Positions 20,114 to 30,685 of a DNA stretch of 64,000 nt are shown here, piece after piece; the first letter of the stretch is position 1; each line of letters begins with the position of its first letter. The position numbers were made by a program, and so were the translations under genes. Under the pieces are notes generated by a model. That model worked only from the letters and a program-made list of their open reading frames with translations, was not told the DNA's origin and made no database searches. The stretch is taken from contig OZ242184.1 of the NCBI GenBank assembly GCA_965205855.1, forward strand, positions 1-64,000, read 5' to 3'. This stretch comes from Thermodesulfobacteriota bacterium (GTDB taxonomy: Bacteria; Desulfobacterota_D; UBA1144; Nemesobacterales; Mycalebacteriaceae).

Positions 20114-21099
20114 TACAACCTCACAACACAGGAGCCCCAGGTAAAACCAGCGCCGAAAGCGGCGAGAAGAAGCGTACTGCCCTTGCAGACCCTGCCCTCG
20201 TGAATTGCCTCATTCAAGGCGATTGGGATTGAAGCGGAGGAGGTGTTTCCGTATCTGTCCAGATTGACCGACACCTTCTGTTCGGGAAAATCCATCCTTT
20301 TTCTGATAGCCTCAATAATTCTGTAATTCGCCTGATGCGGAATGAAAAAATCTATGTCCGAAGAATCAATTCCGGCGAGCTTCATTGCTTTGTCCGAAGC
20401 GGTTTCCATCGCTTTGACAGCGATTTTAAAAACCTCATTGCCCTGCATTTTGAGAAAATGGCTACGCGCGCGGACGCTTTCCTCCGTGGCGGGAATGCGC
20501 GAGCCACCACCGGGCATATACAGAAGGTTCCAGTTTTCGCCATCGGAGCCCATGCACGAAGAAAGTATTCCGGGAGTATCGGATTTTTGTAGAACCGCCG
20601 CGCCCGCACCGTCTCCGAAAAGCACGCAGGTCGTCCTGTCCTGATAGTCCATAATCTTTGAAAGAGTCTCCACCCCGACTGCGAGTACGGTTTGAGCGCG
20701 GCCGGAATCTATCATGTCCCTGCCTATGTGAAGCGCGTAGAGAAAACCCGAACAACCCGCGCTGACATCAAATGAATAGGCGTTTTTCGCCTTGAGTTTG
20801 CTTTGCAGAACGCATGCGGTTGAGGGAAAAAGATAGTCCGGCGTAACGGTGGCAACCAGTACGACATCAATCCCGTCCGCGGAAACTCCCGCCACCTCAA
20901 GCGCGACGCGCGCGGCATGTGCCGCCATGTCCGAAGACGCCTCTTCCTGCGCCGCTATTCTTCTCTCTTTTATACCTGTTCTCGAAACTATCCACTCATC
21001 GGAAGTTTCAACAATCTTCTCAAGATCACTGTTAGTAAGTATTTTTTCCGGAGCGTAAGACCCTACCCCCGCGATTTTGACAAAACTCATTTTCGGCAT
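20113..21099 (-). CDS. fabH: 3-oxoacyl-ACP synthase III
   Basis: SAGCSGF (catalytic Cys), PHQAN, GNTSSASIP, FGAGFTWG; start uncertain (21099 or 21090). Confidence 0.95.
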   Translation of the reverse strand: MPKMSFVKIAGVGSYAPEKILTNSDLEKIVETSDEWIVSRTGIKERRIAAQEEASSDMAAHAARVALEVAGVSADGIDVVLVATVTPDYLFPSTACVLQSKLKAKNAYSFDVSAGCSGFLYALHIGRDMIDSGRAQTVLAVGVETLSKIMDYQDRTTCVLFGDGAGAAVLQKSDTPGILSSCMGSDGENWNLLYMPGGGSRIPATEESVRARSHFLKMQGNEVFKIAVKAMETASDKAMKLAGIDSSDIDFFIPHQANYRIIEAIRKRMDFPEQKVSVNLDRYGNTSSASIPIALNEAIHEGRVCKGSTLLLAAFGAGFTWGSCVVRL

Positions 21100-21152
21100 T
21101 ATCGGTTCAAAAAAGATTGATGTCAAACACCGCGCGTCTCAACTCTCCGCCG

Positions 21153-21614
21153 CTACTTCCTTTTTGCGGCAGACCCATCCGCCCGTTCAATCCTCTCAAC
21201 TTCACCTGCGTCAAGAGACACGGCAAGACGGACTCGCGGCAAATCGTTGCGGTCTGAAAGCCATACTTCGGCGCTTTTTGACTCGGAAAGACAGGTGAGT
21301 ATTTCCATGTCTTTTTTCGATTCGGGAAGGAAAAAATAGTCGTAACTGAATTTGCCGTCCGCTCCGGCGTCAACAAACAGAACCGAGCAGATGGAAGGAA
21401 ACTCGTCTTTTTCAACACGCTCAAAATGAAAACTCAAATTCGGCTTGAATCTGTCTCCAAGCAGAAAAGCAAGCGCACAATCCTTAACGGCAAAAACGGC
21501 CCGCCCGCAGTGAAGCAGTGTGAAACAGCCCGAATCAATAACGGAAAAAGCCATGGCGGTCTCAGAATTAAACTCGCAACCGCGAACGTCGGCAATCTGT
21601 TTGGTATCCGCCAT
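21153..21614 (-). CDS. Hypothetical protein
   Basis: 153-aa ORF with GGAG RBS, co-oriented with fabH; no recognised motif. Confidence 0.6.
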   Translation of the reverse strand: MADTKQIADVRGCEFNSETAMAFSVIDSGCFTLLHCGRAVFAVKDCALAFLLGDRFKPNLSFHFERVEKDEFPSICSVLFVDAGADGKFSYDYFFLPESKKDMEILTCLSESKSAEVWLSDRNDLPRVRLAVSLDAGEVERIERADGSAAKRK

Positions 21615-21892
21615 TAAAACTCCTTCCGTCAGATTACCTTGAAAGACCGACTAAGGAAAAAATTTGTTGATTTTTAACTAAGCCCCTAAAAGACGGAAAA
21701 ACTATCTCGGAATTGATGTCGGGTTCGCTTACACGCCGGATGTTACGTTCAACGGAACAGACAACGATGTTCCGAAAAGATGCGACCAGATATTGAGGGT
21801 CCTTGCCGAATGTGATGGATTCGTCCGGAGGATATGACCCAAGTTTGTTGTTTTTTTTCGGTTGACTGTTTTCCCTTTCTTCCTGTAGAATT

Positions 21893-22087
21893 ATGCAAAT
21901 GGACAGTTTTGTAATAGTAGTTCTTGTTGTTGCTCTTGTCATCATCCTCTTTGTTGTGAAAAGCAACAAAAAGGGCGGTGAAGAAGATATGTCTTCCGGC
22001 TCTTCAGAAATGGACGACACCCCAATGCCCCCGGAAAGCAAAAGCACGGGTAACGAGCAAGACGCATTTCGTAGCCCCAAATCCTGA
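21893..22087 (+). CDS. Small single-TM membrane protein with acidic tail
   Basis: FVIVVLVVALVIILFVV followed by KSNKK and an acidic low-complexity tail; TAGAAT -10-like element immediately upstream. Confidence 0.6.
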   Translation: MQMDSFVIVVLVVALVIILFVVKSNKKGGEEDMSSGSSEMDDTPMPPESKSTGNEQDAFRSPKS

Positions 22088-22111
22088 ATGACAATCCTCT
22101 GCTTGCGGCTT

Positions 22112-23053
22112 TCAGCCCAAAAAGGATTCCATCAGGATATGATTTCTCAGGTTCACGGCCGCACCCGCGTGCCTGCGCTCACTGAACATATCGGGATGAA
22201 AAATTCCCGCCATTATCTCAATCCCGTCTGCTATGCGCGGAGACGGTCTTGTGAAGTGCGAATTTGAGTCAACAACATAAACGTGCCCCTTTTTGACGGC
22301 GGGAAGCGTTCTCCACAATTCCGATTGCGAAAGACAGGAAGATTCCGAGACGGTTCTTTCAATTCCAAATCCACAAGGCATAAGAATCACAATATTCGGC
22401 GCAAAATTCGCGATTTTCTCCCATGAAACCCTGCGGGATTTCCGTCCCTTTACGCCGAGACCATCTTCTCCGCCCGCCGCTTCCGCCATTTCAGGAATCC
22501 AATGCCCCGCTGCGTAGGGCGGGTCCATCCACTCCATGCAAAGAACCCTCGGACGGTCTTTGCTTACCTCAAAAACCTTTTTAACCCTTTCCACTCTCCC
22601 GCGGAGTCCGCGGACGAGCTTTTCCGCTTGCATTGAAGTTCCCGTCAGACCGCCGACGGTTTTTACCGTGTCAAAAATGCCCTCAATATCATGCGGGTCA
22701 AGAGACAAAACTTCGGGATTGAAATCCAGAGCCTCCGCTATTTCAAAAACTTCTCCGCCGTTGGGAGCGCAAACCCTGCAAAGCCCCTGAGTGATTATCA
22801 GATCGGGCTTGAGAGCACGCAGTTTTTCAATACCCACCCTGTAGACGGGTTTCCCCTCGCGCGCATTCTCACAGACGCGGGCGTCTATCTCCGTACCTGA
22901 AAGCCCTCCGTCAATGGTGCCGAAAACAACTCTGGGCTTGCCTTGCACTTCCGGCGGATAGTCGCACTTGTCAGTCACTCCGACAAGCGAATCGCCAATG
23001 CCGAGAGCGCAAACAATCTCTGTGGCAGACGGAAGGAATGAGCATATTCTCAC
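22112..23053 (-). CDS. Cobalamin/siderophore-type substrate-binding fold protein (BtuF-like), no signal peptide
   Basis: MRICSFLPSATEIVCALG, LVGVTDKCDYP, KPDLIITQ, RPSPRIADG. Confidence 0.82.
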   Translation of the reverse strand: MRICSFLPSATEIVCALGIGDSLVGVTDKCDYPPEVQGKPRVVFGTIDGGLSGTEIDARVCENAREGKPVYRVGIEKLRALKPDLIITQGLCRVCAPNGGEVFEIAEALDFNPEVLSLDPHDIEGIFDTVKTVGGLTGTSMQAEKLVRGLRGRVERVKKVFEVSKDRPRVLCMEWMDPPYAAGHWIPEMAEAAGGEDGLGVKGRKSRRVSWEKIANFAPNIVILMPCGFGIERTVSESSCLSQSELWRTLPAVKKGHVYVVDSNSHFTRPSPRIADGIEIMAGIFHPDMFSERRHAGAAVNLRNHILMESFLG

Positions 23054-23060
23054 AATACGC

Positions 23061-24086
23061 CTACCTGAAAGCCGGGATTACCTCGGAGCCGAAAAGCTCA
23101 ATACAACGTGAAGTCTCTTCGGGAGGCGCTTGCGGAAACACCATGCGGCAGGCGATGTTGTTTATGCCGACCTCGCGGCGGTATTTATCAATCTCCTCCG
23201 CGCAATGTTCGGGGGTTCCTATTATAAAACGGTCTTCCGCCATATGCTCAAACAGCGGGTCGTCCGGCCCTTTCACCTGCTCGCCCCTTATGAATATCTT
23301 GATGCCGAGGGTCAGATAGAACTTATACATGTTGATTATGTATCTCTCTCCGCCTTCAAGCGCGCTTTTTTTGCCTGAACTCACAAAGGTTTCCCTGAGA
23401 AGCACATGCTCAACCCCTTTAGGGTCGTGCCCGGCTTCTTCTGCGACGGTGTTATACCAGCCGAGCGTGTCCCGTATCATCTCCATTGTGCGTCCGGGTC
23501 CGATTAAAAGCGGATATCCGAGCCGTCCCGCTCTTTTAACCGCCGGTTCCTCAAAAGCACCTATGTATAAAGGGATGTGGGGCTTTTGAACCGGCTTGGG
23601 CGTAACATCTATGTTTTCGTATTGAAACCTTTTTCCCTCGTATGAAAACGTTCCGGGAGCCCACGATCTGAGCAGAATGTCTATGCCTTCCTCAACAAGT
23701 GAAGGGCGGTTTTTTATTGACAGACCGAAGCCGTCAAATTCCTCCTTTCTGTAGCCGATTGCCACTCCCAGATCAAATCTGCCGCCCGATATGTTGTCCA
23801 CAACCGCGGCGTCTTCGGCAACACGCACGGGATTATGGAGGGGCAGTATAAGCGCACCCGTCCCTATGCGTATGTTTTCCGTAACGGCCGCCATTGCCGC
23901 CGCCATTGCAAGAGGAGACGGGCAGTATCCGTCCTCAAGAAAATGATGCTCCGACAGCCAGACGGAATCAAACCCGACCTTTTCCGCGAGCTTTGTCTGC
24001 TCAAGCGCGGCAGAGTAAAGCCGCTTGTGGTCAACACCCGTATCCGCATGAGTCTGCATGCTGAAAAGTCCCGCTCCAAACTTCAT
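23061..24086 (-). CDS. LLM-class flavin-dependent oxidoreductase
   Basis: GFDSVWLSEHHF, HNPVRVAEDAAVVDNISGGRFDLGVAIGYR; start at MKFGAG after GGAGG. Confidence 0.9.
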   Translation of the reverse strand: MKFGAGLFSMQTHADTGVDHKRLYSAALEQTKLAEKVGFDSVWLSEHHFLEDGYCPSPLAMAAAMAAVTENIRIGTGALILPLHNPVRVAEDAAVVDNISGGRFDLGVAIGYRKEEFDGFGLSIKNRPSLVEEGIDILLRSWAPGTFSYEGKRFQYENIDVTPKPVQKPHIPLYIGAFEEPAVKRAGRLGYPLLIGPGRTMEMIRDTLGWYNTVAEEAGHDPKGVEHVLLRETFVSSGKKSALEGGERYIINMYKFYLTLGIKIFIRGEQVKGPDDPLFEHMAEDRFIIGTPEHCAEEIDKYRREVGINNIACRMVFPQAPPEETSRCIELFGSEVIPAFR

Positions 24087-24152
24087 TTTGACACCCTCCT
24101 GTATTTCCCGATAGATTGATTTTATCTTACAATACCCCACGGAGATAACACT

Positions 24153-25214
24153 ATGGCAAAAACAATAAGATTCGGACTTTCGGCACCAATGCCGGGAGCG
24201 GACACGGGAGGGCTTCTTGAGTTCTCAAAGAAAGCCGACAAACTCGGATTTGACACTATCTGGTATCCCGACCATACGGTTTTTGTGGCTCCGGGTGCCA
24301 AAGCCCCCGAAGCGTGGACAATCGCATCGGCGGCGGCGGGAATAACATCAAACATACAACTCGGCACGGTTTCCGACCCGCACAAAACGCATCCGTCAAC
24401 ATTCGCCCAGCGGCTTGCCACGATTGACCACCTCTCCAAAGGAAGGGTGATAATCACAATGGGCGTAGGGGAATCAATGAACCTCGATGCTTACGGAGTT
24501 GAATGGAACAAGCCGTTCACAAGAATGAAAGAGGCGGTTGAGATTATGCAACTTCTGTGGAAAAACGACGAACACAGCCCCGTGAACTACAACGGCGAGT
24601 TTTTCAATTTGAAAGATGCGTTTCTTCAGATACAACCGTTTGAACGGGACAGAATTCCGGTTTACTTCGCCACTCACACTCCAAAGGGTCTCGCTCTTAC
24701 CGGAGAGGTGGGAGACGGCTGGCTGCCGATTGACCTCAACCCTGCGCTTTACGAGAAATACCTTGCAGACATACACTCCGCTGCGGACAAAGCCGGAAGA
24801 GACAGGGATGAGATTGACCCCGCCCTGTGGGTTTTCACCTCTCTCGGTGAAAACGAAGACGAGGCATACAAAACTATTGAGCCTTTCAAATACGTGCTGA
24901 TAATGCAGGAGCAACTGGAAGCGGCGGGCTACGATGTGAAAATCCCGGACGAGTACAAGGGTTTGAACTATTTCAACATAGTCCCGCAGGACATCGAAGG
25001 CAGGGCAAAGTTCCGCGAAATAGGGCAGTTTTTTCCGCGCGAAGCGATTATGGATTTCACAATTACGGGGTCAAAGGACGATTGCATAAAGAAGATTGAA
25101 AAATTTGTTGAAAAAGGCGTGAGGAATTTTGTGCTTTTCTACCGGTTCAGCCCCGACCCGGAAAAAGCGCTTGAAACTTACGCGAAAAAGATAATTCCGT
25201 ATTTTAAGGGTTGA
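24153..25214 (+). CDS. LLM-class oxidoreductase (Mer-like, possibly F420-dependent)
   Basis: GFDTIWYPDH, ATIDHLSKGRVIITMGVGE, GEVGDGW. Confidence 0.88.
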   Translation: MAKTIRFGLSAPMPGADTGGLLEFSKKADKLGFDTIWYPDHTVFVAPGAKAPEAWTIASAAAGITSNIQLGTVSDPHKTHPSTFAQRLATIDHLSKGRVIITMGVGESMNLDAYGVEWNKPFTRMKEAVEIMQLLWKNDEHSPVNYNGEFFNLKDAFLQIQPFERDRIPVYFATHTPKGLALTGEVGDGWLPIDLNPALYEKYLADIHSAADKAGRDRDEIDPALWVFTSLGENEDEAYKTIEPFKYVLIMQEQLEAAGYDVKIPDEYKGLNYFNIVPQDIEGRAKFREIGQFFPREAIMDFTITGSKDDCIKKIEKFVEKGVRNFVLFYRFSPDPEKALETYAKKIIPYFKG

Positions 25215-25314
25215 AGAACGTAATAATAACGGGGTTTTCGGCGAAACTGTCGTTTTGCTATACATTCGGAAAGTCAATATAAACTAAAAGTCCGTTTTTT
25301 CAGATGTAGCGGAT

Positions 25315-25554
25315 TTTGCGTAAAGTGTCCGCCGGAATATTTGACGTAAACTGTTTCATACCTACTCTACTGTTCACAAAATAGTTTACGTTTAGTTTTT
25401 TCGCGTTTTACTTTATGCAAACTGTTTTGTGCTTATCTTATTGTTCACAAAGAGATTTGTGTCTAATATTTTGTAGTTTGTTTTACGCAAATAAGACGAT
25501 GGAAAGTAGAAGTCCGGCTTTGCATAAATTATTTGCCTGAATAGTTTACGCAAA
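25315..25554. promoter_or_regulatory. Cluster of five TTTAYGCAAA motifs upstream of the fic pseudogene
   Basis: Copies at 25315(-), 25412(+), 25482(+), 25519(-) and 25545(+). Confidence 0.5.
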
Positions 25555-25587
25555 ATGCAGACTTGGTTACAATCTGAGGTTGAGGTT

Positions 25588-26519
25588 ATGGACCCGTTCA
25601 TTCCAGACAAGCTACCGATTGAAGCCGCTAACTATTCATCTGCGGATATTGTAAGAGCCACCGAAAAAGCCAACAGAGCCATTATGTCCGCTTTGCGTCT
25701 TGGGGAGCAAACTCTCAGCAATAACAGAAGTTTGTCTCTTATTATTCTCAAGAAACTTCATGCAATACTTCTTGGCACGGGAAGTGTGCGAGGAAAAACC
25801 AAAAACCCTGGAAATTTCCGCAAAAAACAAAACCGGATTGGCATTTCGGGATGACCATTGAAACGGCAAGCTTTGTTTCGCCCGAACCTGTTCTTGTTCA
25901 GGAGTTCATGGAAAAATGGGAAAGGTTTTAACACTCAAACCAACCTGACATTCTCATTCAAGCCGCCGTTTTGCACGCTCAGTTTGAACTCATACATCCT
26001 TTTGAAGATGGCAATGGACGACTCGGTCGTCTCATAATTCCTCTTTTTCTTCATGAAAAGAAGGCGATATCCCGTCCGAATTTCTATCCGTCCGCCTATC
26101 TTGAAAGAAACAGGCCGGAATACATGGACGCCTTGAAAAGGCTCGGCTCAAAACCGGGAGAATGGAACAACTGGATTCTTTTTTTCTTGAAAGGCGTTAC
26201 GTTTCAGACAAAAGAGGATTCGGAAAAAATAAAAAGAATGATGGAAATGTACGAGAATATAAAAGGGCGCTTTGTTGAAATCACTCACTCGTAATTTGCC
26301 GCGGGCTTACTTGACGCAATTTTTAAAAGGCCCGTTTTCCGCAGAGTCGGAATTGAAAAAATCTTGGACAGGGCGCAAAACCCAGCGCGGCAACCCTTAC
26401 CAGTATTTTGAATAAACTGTCAAAAAAAAGGAGTATTGGAAATTGTTACGGAAGGCAAAGGAAGAAGAGGCACTGTTTACCAATTTGTTGAATTGATGGA
26501 ACTTTTGGAAGGAAAATAA
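25588..26519 (+). pseudogene. Fic family protein pseudogene
   Basis: MDPFIPDKLP start, PGNFRKKQNRIG, intact HPFEDGNGRLGR motif and C-terminal GKGRRGTVYQF. Interrupted by a frameshift near 25854, in-frame TAA stops near 25930 and at 26292, and a further frameshift. Confidence 0.85.
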
Positions 26520-26865
26520 ACCGCCGGAAAACCGGAATTGGAACACCTTGAATAATTGATGCAAATGATAAAATCCGGACGGAGAAAACTCGAACAAAGA
26601 AGATACTTTCCAAATGGCAGATTATTCCCGTCATAAAAATCTTTTGCAAAAATTAAACTGTGAAAATACCGATAGTATTGAACTTGCTCTGGTTTATCCT
26701 GATTTTAAACAGATGGAAAAACTAAAGAATTGAAAACGGATAATTCTTTTTTAATGCTACTAAAAATGTGGGAAATTAAATGCCCGATGATTGCGATGCA
26801 GGTGGAAAAAACGGGAAAATATTGCCGCATAATTTTCTTTGTAAATTCACAGAAAAACAAATCCC

Positions 26866-27354
26866 TCACTCCCCTTCCAAAACAACAAGCACAGCTTCGC
26901 TTTCAACGGCGTCTCCTTCCTCGACCTTAATCTCTTTTATTTTTCCCGATACCGCCGCTTTTAATTCGCTTTCCATTTTCATTGCTTCAACCACAATAAC
27001 ACCTTCGTCCGCGTCAACAGAATCGCCCTCGGCTTTGAGGATTTTCACAACCCTGCTCGGCATTGGGGAAGATATCTGAAACCCGCCTCCGCCGTCCGAA
27101 GACACTTCCCTCTCCGTAACGGATTCAAAGTCATACAAAATTCCCCCATGGAATACCTGAACCTTTTTGCCTTTCTTTACAACACCTGCGGTGTAGGAGC
27201 CGTGTTTATCACAAACTATTGACACAAGCGCGGGGTCAAGTCTTGCAAAATCAACAGTGGAAGAGAAGTCGCCGCACTCAACAACTGCGCGTCCGTTTTC
27301 TTCTTCAATGTTGACGCGAAACTTCTCATTGCCGAGCTGAAGTATGTATTTCAT
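26866..27354 (-). CDS. Biotin carboxyl carrier subunit of an acyl-CoA carboxylase
   Basis: SPMPSRVVK and EAMKME biotinylation motif. Confidence 0.92.
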   Translation of the reverse strand: MKYILQLGNEKFRVNIEEENGRAVVECGDFSSTVDFARLDPALVSIVCDKHGSYTAGVVKKGKKVQVFHGGILYDFESVTEREVSSDGGGGFQISSPMPSRVVKILKAEGDSVDADEGVIVVEAMKMESELKAAVSGKIKEIKVEEGDAVESEAVLVVLEGE

Positions 27355-28862
27355 CAACCCCAACCCTCGTATCCGCCCCGTAAAACGCCAATCCTACGGC
27401 CAAAACTCTTCCAACCGGAAACCGCTTTTCCTCCGCCGCCCTTTTCCGTGCCGGCGGAACCGAAGTAAAGCGCAAGTGCCGCGGCAACCGCCGCCTGCTG
27501 TTTGCCTTCATCTCCGGGCACAAGCAGTTCGGGATGCCTTTCTATAAATCCCGTGTCTATGTCGGCTTTCATAAACTCGCCGTTTTGCATAACGCGAATG
27601 AGAAACCCTATGTTGGTCTTTGTGCCGAGAACCATGTATTCGCCGAGAGCAGCCGCCATTTTCTTTATTGCCTCTTCGCGCGTCTCAGCCCAGACGGCAA
27701 GTTTGGAAAGCATCGGGTCGTAGAAAGATGTAACCTCGCAACCGCTGAAAATAGCGGAATCGTCCCTGACTCCGGGGCCGTCCGGCGTTTTTAAATAATC
27801 TATGGTTCCGGGCGCGGGAAGGAAGTTCATCTCCGGGTCTTCGGCGTAAATTCTGCACTCAACAGCATGCCCGTTGATTTTGAAATCGGACTGCTTGAAC
27901 GGAAGTTTTTCACCGTCCGCTATGCGAATCATCCATTTTACAATGTCAAAGCCGGTTATCAGCTCTGTCACGGGATGCTCAACCTGTATGCGTGTGTTCA
28001 TCTCAAGGAAATAAAAATTCTGCTTCGCGTCCATTATAAACTCAACCGTTCCAGCGCCCTTGTATGAAACCGCTTTTGCTATGCTGGTGGCAACTTTGCC
28101 CATCTTTGCGCGTGTCTTTTGCGAAACAAAACCGGACGGCGCCTCTTCAATAACCTTCTGATGCCTGCGCTGAATTGAGCACTCACGCTCAAAAAGATGC
28201 AGAACATTACCGTGTCCGTCCGCTATTACCTGAATTTCAATATGACGCGGCTTCTCAACAAACCTCTCTATAAAGACCGAATCATCCCCGAAAGCCGAAA
28301 GCGCCTCGCTTTTCGCCATTCTGAGAGAGCTTTCAAACTCGGACTGCTCCCTCACAAGGCGCATTCCCTTACCTCCGCCGCCCGCAGACGCTTTTATCAT
28401 AAGCGGATAGCCGATTTCCTCCGCCACTTTCCCCGCTTCGGAGTCTTCCACCGCTCCCTGCGAGCCCGGCACAAGCGGAACTTTGGCTTTCGCGGCGATG
28501 TTTCTCGCGGTGATTTTGTCTCCCATAAGACTGATGGTCTTCGCGGACGGCCCTATGAAAACTATCCCTGCTTTTTCGCATGCATCGGCAAAACTTTCTT
28601 TTTCGGAAAGGAAACCGAAACCGGGATGAACAGCTTCGGCACCGGTCTTTTTGCAGGCGTCTATAATTTTTTCAATAACAAGGTAACTTTCGGTCGGTTT
28701 TGAGCCGCCTATGTGGACGGCTTCATCGGCAAGGGAGACATGCGCCGCCTTCCTGTCCGCATCGGAGTAAACAGCGACAGTGCCGATTCCCATCTCACGA
28801 CAGGCCCTGATTATTCTTACCGCGATTTCGCCCCTGTTTGCTATGAGTATTTTGCCGAACAT
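27354..28862 (-). CDS. accC: Biotin carboxylase subunit (AccC/PccA-like)
   Basis: KILIANRGEIA, GGGGKGMR, ERECSIQRRHQK, EMNTRIQVEHPVTE. Confidence 0.93.
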   Translation of the reverse strand: MFGKILIANRGEIAVRIIRACREMGIGTVAVYSDADRKAAHVSLADEAVHIGGSKPTESYLVIEKIIDACKKTGAEAVHPGFGFLSEKESFADACEKAGIVFIGPSAKTISLMGDKITARNIAAKAKVPLVPGSQGAVEDSEAGKVAEEIGYPLMIKASAGGGGKGMRLVREQSEFESSLRMAKSEALSAFGDDSVFIERFVEKPRHIEIQVIADGHGNVLHLFERECSIQRRHQKVIEEAPSGFVSQKTRAKMGKVATSIAKAVSYKGAGTVEFIMDAKQNFYFLEMNTRIQVEHPVTELITGFDIVKWMIRIADGEKLPFKQSDFKINGHAVECRIYAEDPEMNFLPAPGTIDYLKTPDGPGVRDDSAIFSGCEVTSFYDPMLSKLAVWAETREEAIKKMAAALGEYMVLGTKTNIGFLIRVMQNGEFMKADIDTGFIERHPELLVPGDEGKQQAAVAAALALYFGSAGTEKGGGGKAVSGWKSFGRRIGVLRGGYEGWG

Positions 28863-28884
28863 CTTGCGCGTCGCCCCAAGCTTG

Positions 28885-30456
28885 TCAGAGAGGAATGTTT
28901 CCGTGCTTTCTCGGCGGATTGGTTTTTCTCTTTCCTTCAAGCATTCTGAAAGCCGAAACAATATTTTTTCTCGTTTCCTCCGGCATGATTATACGGTCAA
29001 TAAAACCGAGTTCCGCAGCGCGGTACGGGTTTGCAAAGTTCTGTTTGTATTCTTCTATCAGCTTCGCTCTCTCGGCGTCCGGGTTTTTCGCCTCGGCAAT
29101 TTGAGCGCGGGAAATTATGTTGACCGCGCCTTCCGAACCCATAACCGCGATTTCCGCGCTCGGATACGAAAGGTTGATGTCTCCTCTTATATGTTTTGAA
29201 GACATAACATCATACGCGCCACCATACGCCTTTCTTGTGATAACCGTAACCCTAGGCACGGTGGCTTCGCAGTATGCGTAAAGAAGTTTTGCACCGTGCC
29301 TTATGATTCCTCCCCATTCCTGATTTGTTCCCGGAAGGAAGCCCGGAACATCAACCAGTGTAAGTAGCGGTATGTTGAAACAGTCGCAAAACCTCACAAA
29401 TCTCGCCGCTTTCACAGATGCGTCTATGTCAAGGCAGCCCGCGAGAAACATCGGCTGATTGCCCACAACGCCTACCACTTTTCCGTTCATACGGGCAAAA
29501 CCTATAACCATGTTTTTGGCGTAATGTTCCTGAACTTCAAAAAAGTATGAGTTATCAACAACACGGGTTATCACTTCTTTCATATCGTAGGGTTTGTTCG
29601 GATTTTCGGGAATCACATCCGCAATCTCGCCCGTCAAGCGGTCTGCGGGGTCGTCGCATTCCTCTTCGGGCGGGTCTTCCATGTTATTTGAAGGCAGGAA
29701 GGAAAGAAGCTCCTTGATTGTATCAATGGACTCCTCATCGTTTGCCGCGGCAAAGTGCGCGACTCCGCTTCGCGAATTGTGAACAATAGCCCCGCCAAGT
29801 TCTTCCGATGTTACTTCCTCATGCGTTACCGCTTTTATGACATCGGGACCCGTGATAAACATATAACTCGTCTCTTTGGACATAAGAGTAAAATCCGTCA
29901 TCGCGGGGGAATAAACCGCTCCGCCGGCGCAGGGACCCATAATCGCCGATATTTGCGGAATCACCCCCGAAGCAAAAACGTTTCTCTGGAAAATCTCGCC
30001 ATATCCGGCAAGGCTTTCGACCCCTTCCTGTATTCTCGCGCCGCCGGAATCGTTAAGTCCTATCACCGGCGCGCCCGTATCAACAGCCATATCCATAACC
30101 TTGCAGATCTTTTTCCCGTGAACCATTCCAAGCGAGCCACCGAAGACCGTGAAATCCTGCGCGAAAACAAAAACCCTCCTCCCGTTCACGGTTCCGTATC
30201 CGGTAACCACTCCGTCACCGAGAAACTTTTTGCTTTCCATTGCGAAATCTTTGCACCTGTGGACGACAAACTTGTCCAGCTCCTCAAAACTTCCCTTGTC
30301 CACAAGAAGGGCAACGCGTTCCCTCGCGGTCTGTTTACCGCTGTCGTGCTGTTTGGCAATACGCGCCTTGCCACCGCCGAGTTCGGCTTCCTGCCCTTTC
30401 TTTTTAAAGATTTTTTCGGCTGGATCTTTGGGTGTTTTGTCGTCTTTTTTGCTCAT
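28885..30456 (-). CDS. pccB: Propionyl/acyl-CoA carboxylase carboxyltransferase beta subunit
   Basis: [41 protein letters not shown]. Confidence 0.93.
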   Translation of the reverse strand: MSKKDDKTPKDPAEKIFKKKGQEAELGGGKARIAKQHDSGKQTARERVALLVDKGSFEELDKFVVHRCKDFAMESKKFLGDGVVTGYGTVNGRRVFVFAQDFTVFGGSLGMVHGKKICKVMDMAVDTGAPVIGLNDSGGARIQEGVESLAGYGEIFQRNVFASGVIPQISAIMGPCAGGAVYSPAMTDFTLMSKETSYMFITGPDVIKAVTHEEVTSEELGGAIVHNSRSGVAHFAAANDEESIDTIKELLSFLPSNNMEDPPEEECDDPADRLTGEIADVIPENPNKPYDMKEVITRVVDNSYFFEVQEHYAKNMVIGFARMNGKVVGVVGNQPMFLAGCLDIDASVKAARFVRFCDCFNIPLLTLVDVPGFLPGTNQEWGGIIRHGAKLLYAYCEATVPRVTVITRKAYGGAYDVMSSKHIRGDINLSYPSAEIAVMGSEGAVNIISRAQIAEAKNPDAERAKLIEEYKQNFANPYRAAELGFIDRIIMPEETRKNIVSAFRMLEGKRKTNPPRKHGNIPL

Positions 30457-30601
30457 CTTCAAGGTTCCGATACGGAAAAATTACAGGGTTTGACTATACC
30501 GAAAGGCACATAATCAAGCAAGCGGAGAAAAGGGAAATTACATACCTGATTAGACATTGCTTTTTTGACACAACCGCTATTTTTTTATATTTCTAACCTC
30601 T

Positions 30602-30668
30602 GCACTTACTCACAAGTACCCGCTTGTCGGGTCTTTGATAAATGCAAAATTCTGCTTGCAGAGGAATA
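30602..30668 (+). ncRNA. Structured leader element, copy A (3'-truncated)
   Basis: GCACTTACTCACA...ACCCGCTTGTCGGGTCT...TAAAT...TCTGCTTGCAGAG GAATA, nearly identical to the 5' half of copy C; TTGACA at 30565. Confidence 0.6.
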
Positions 30669-30685
30669 GTTTAGAGGACGTTATC

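Noticed and set aside
21634-21890. Possible gene fragment (NYLGIDVGFAYTPD...)
   Set aside because: No start codon or recognisable family, so it cannot be supported without a search.
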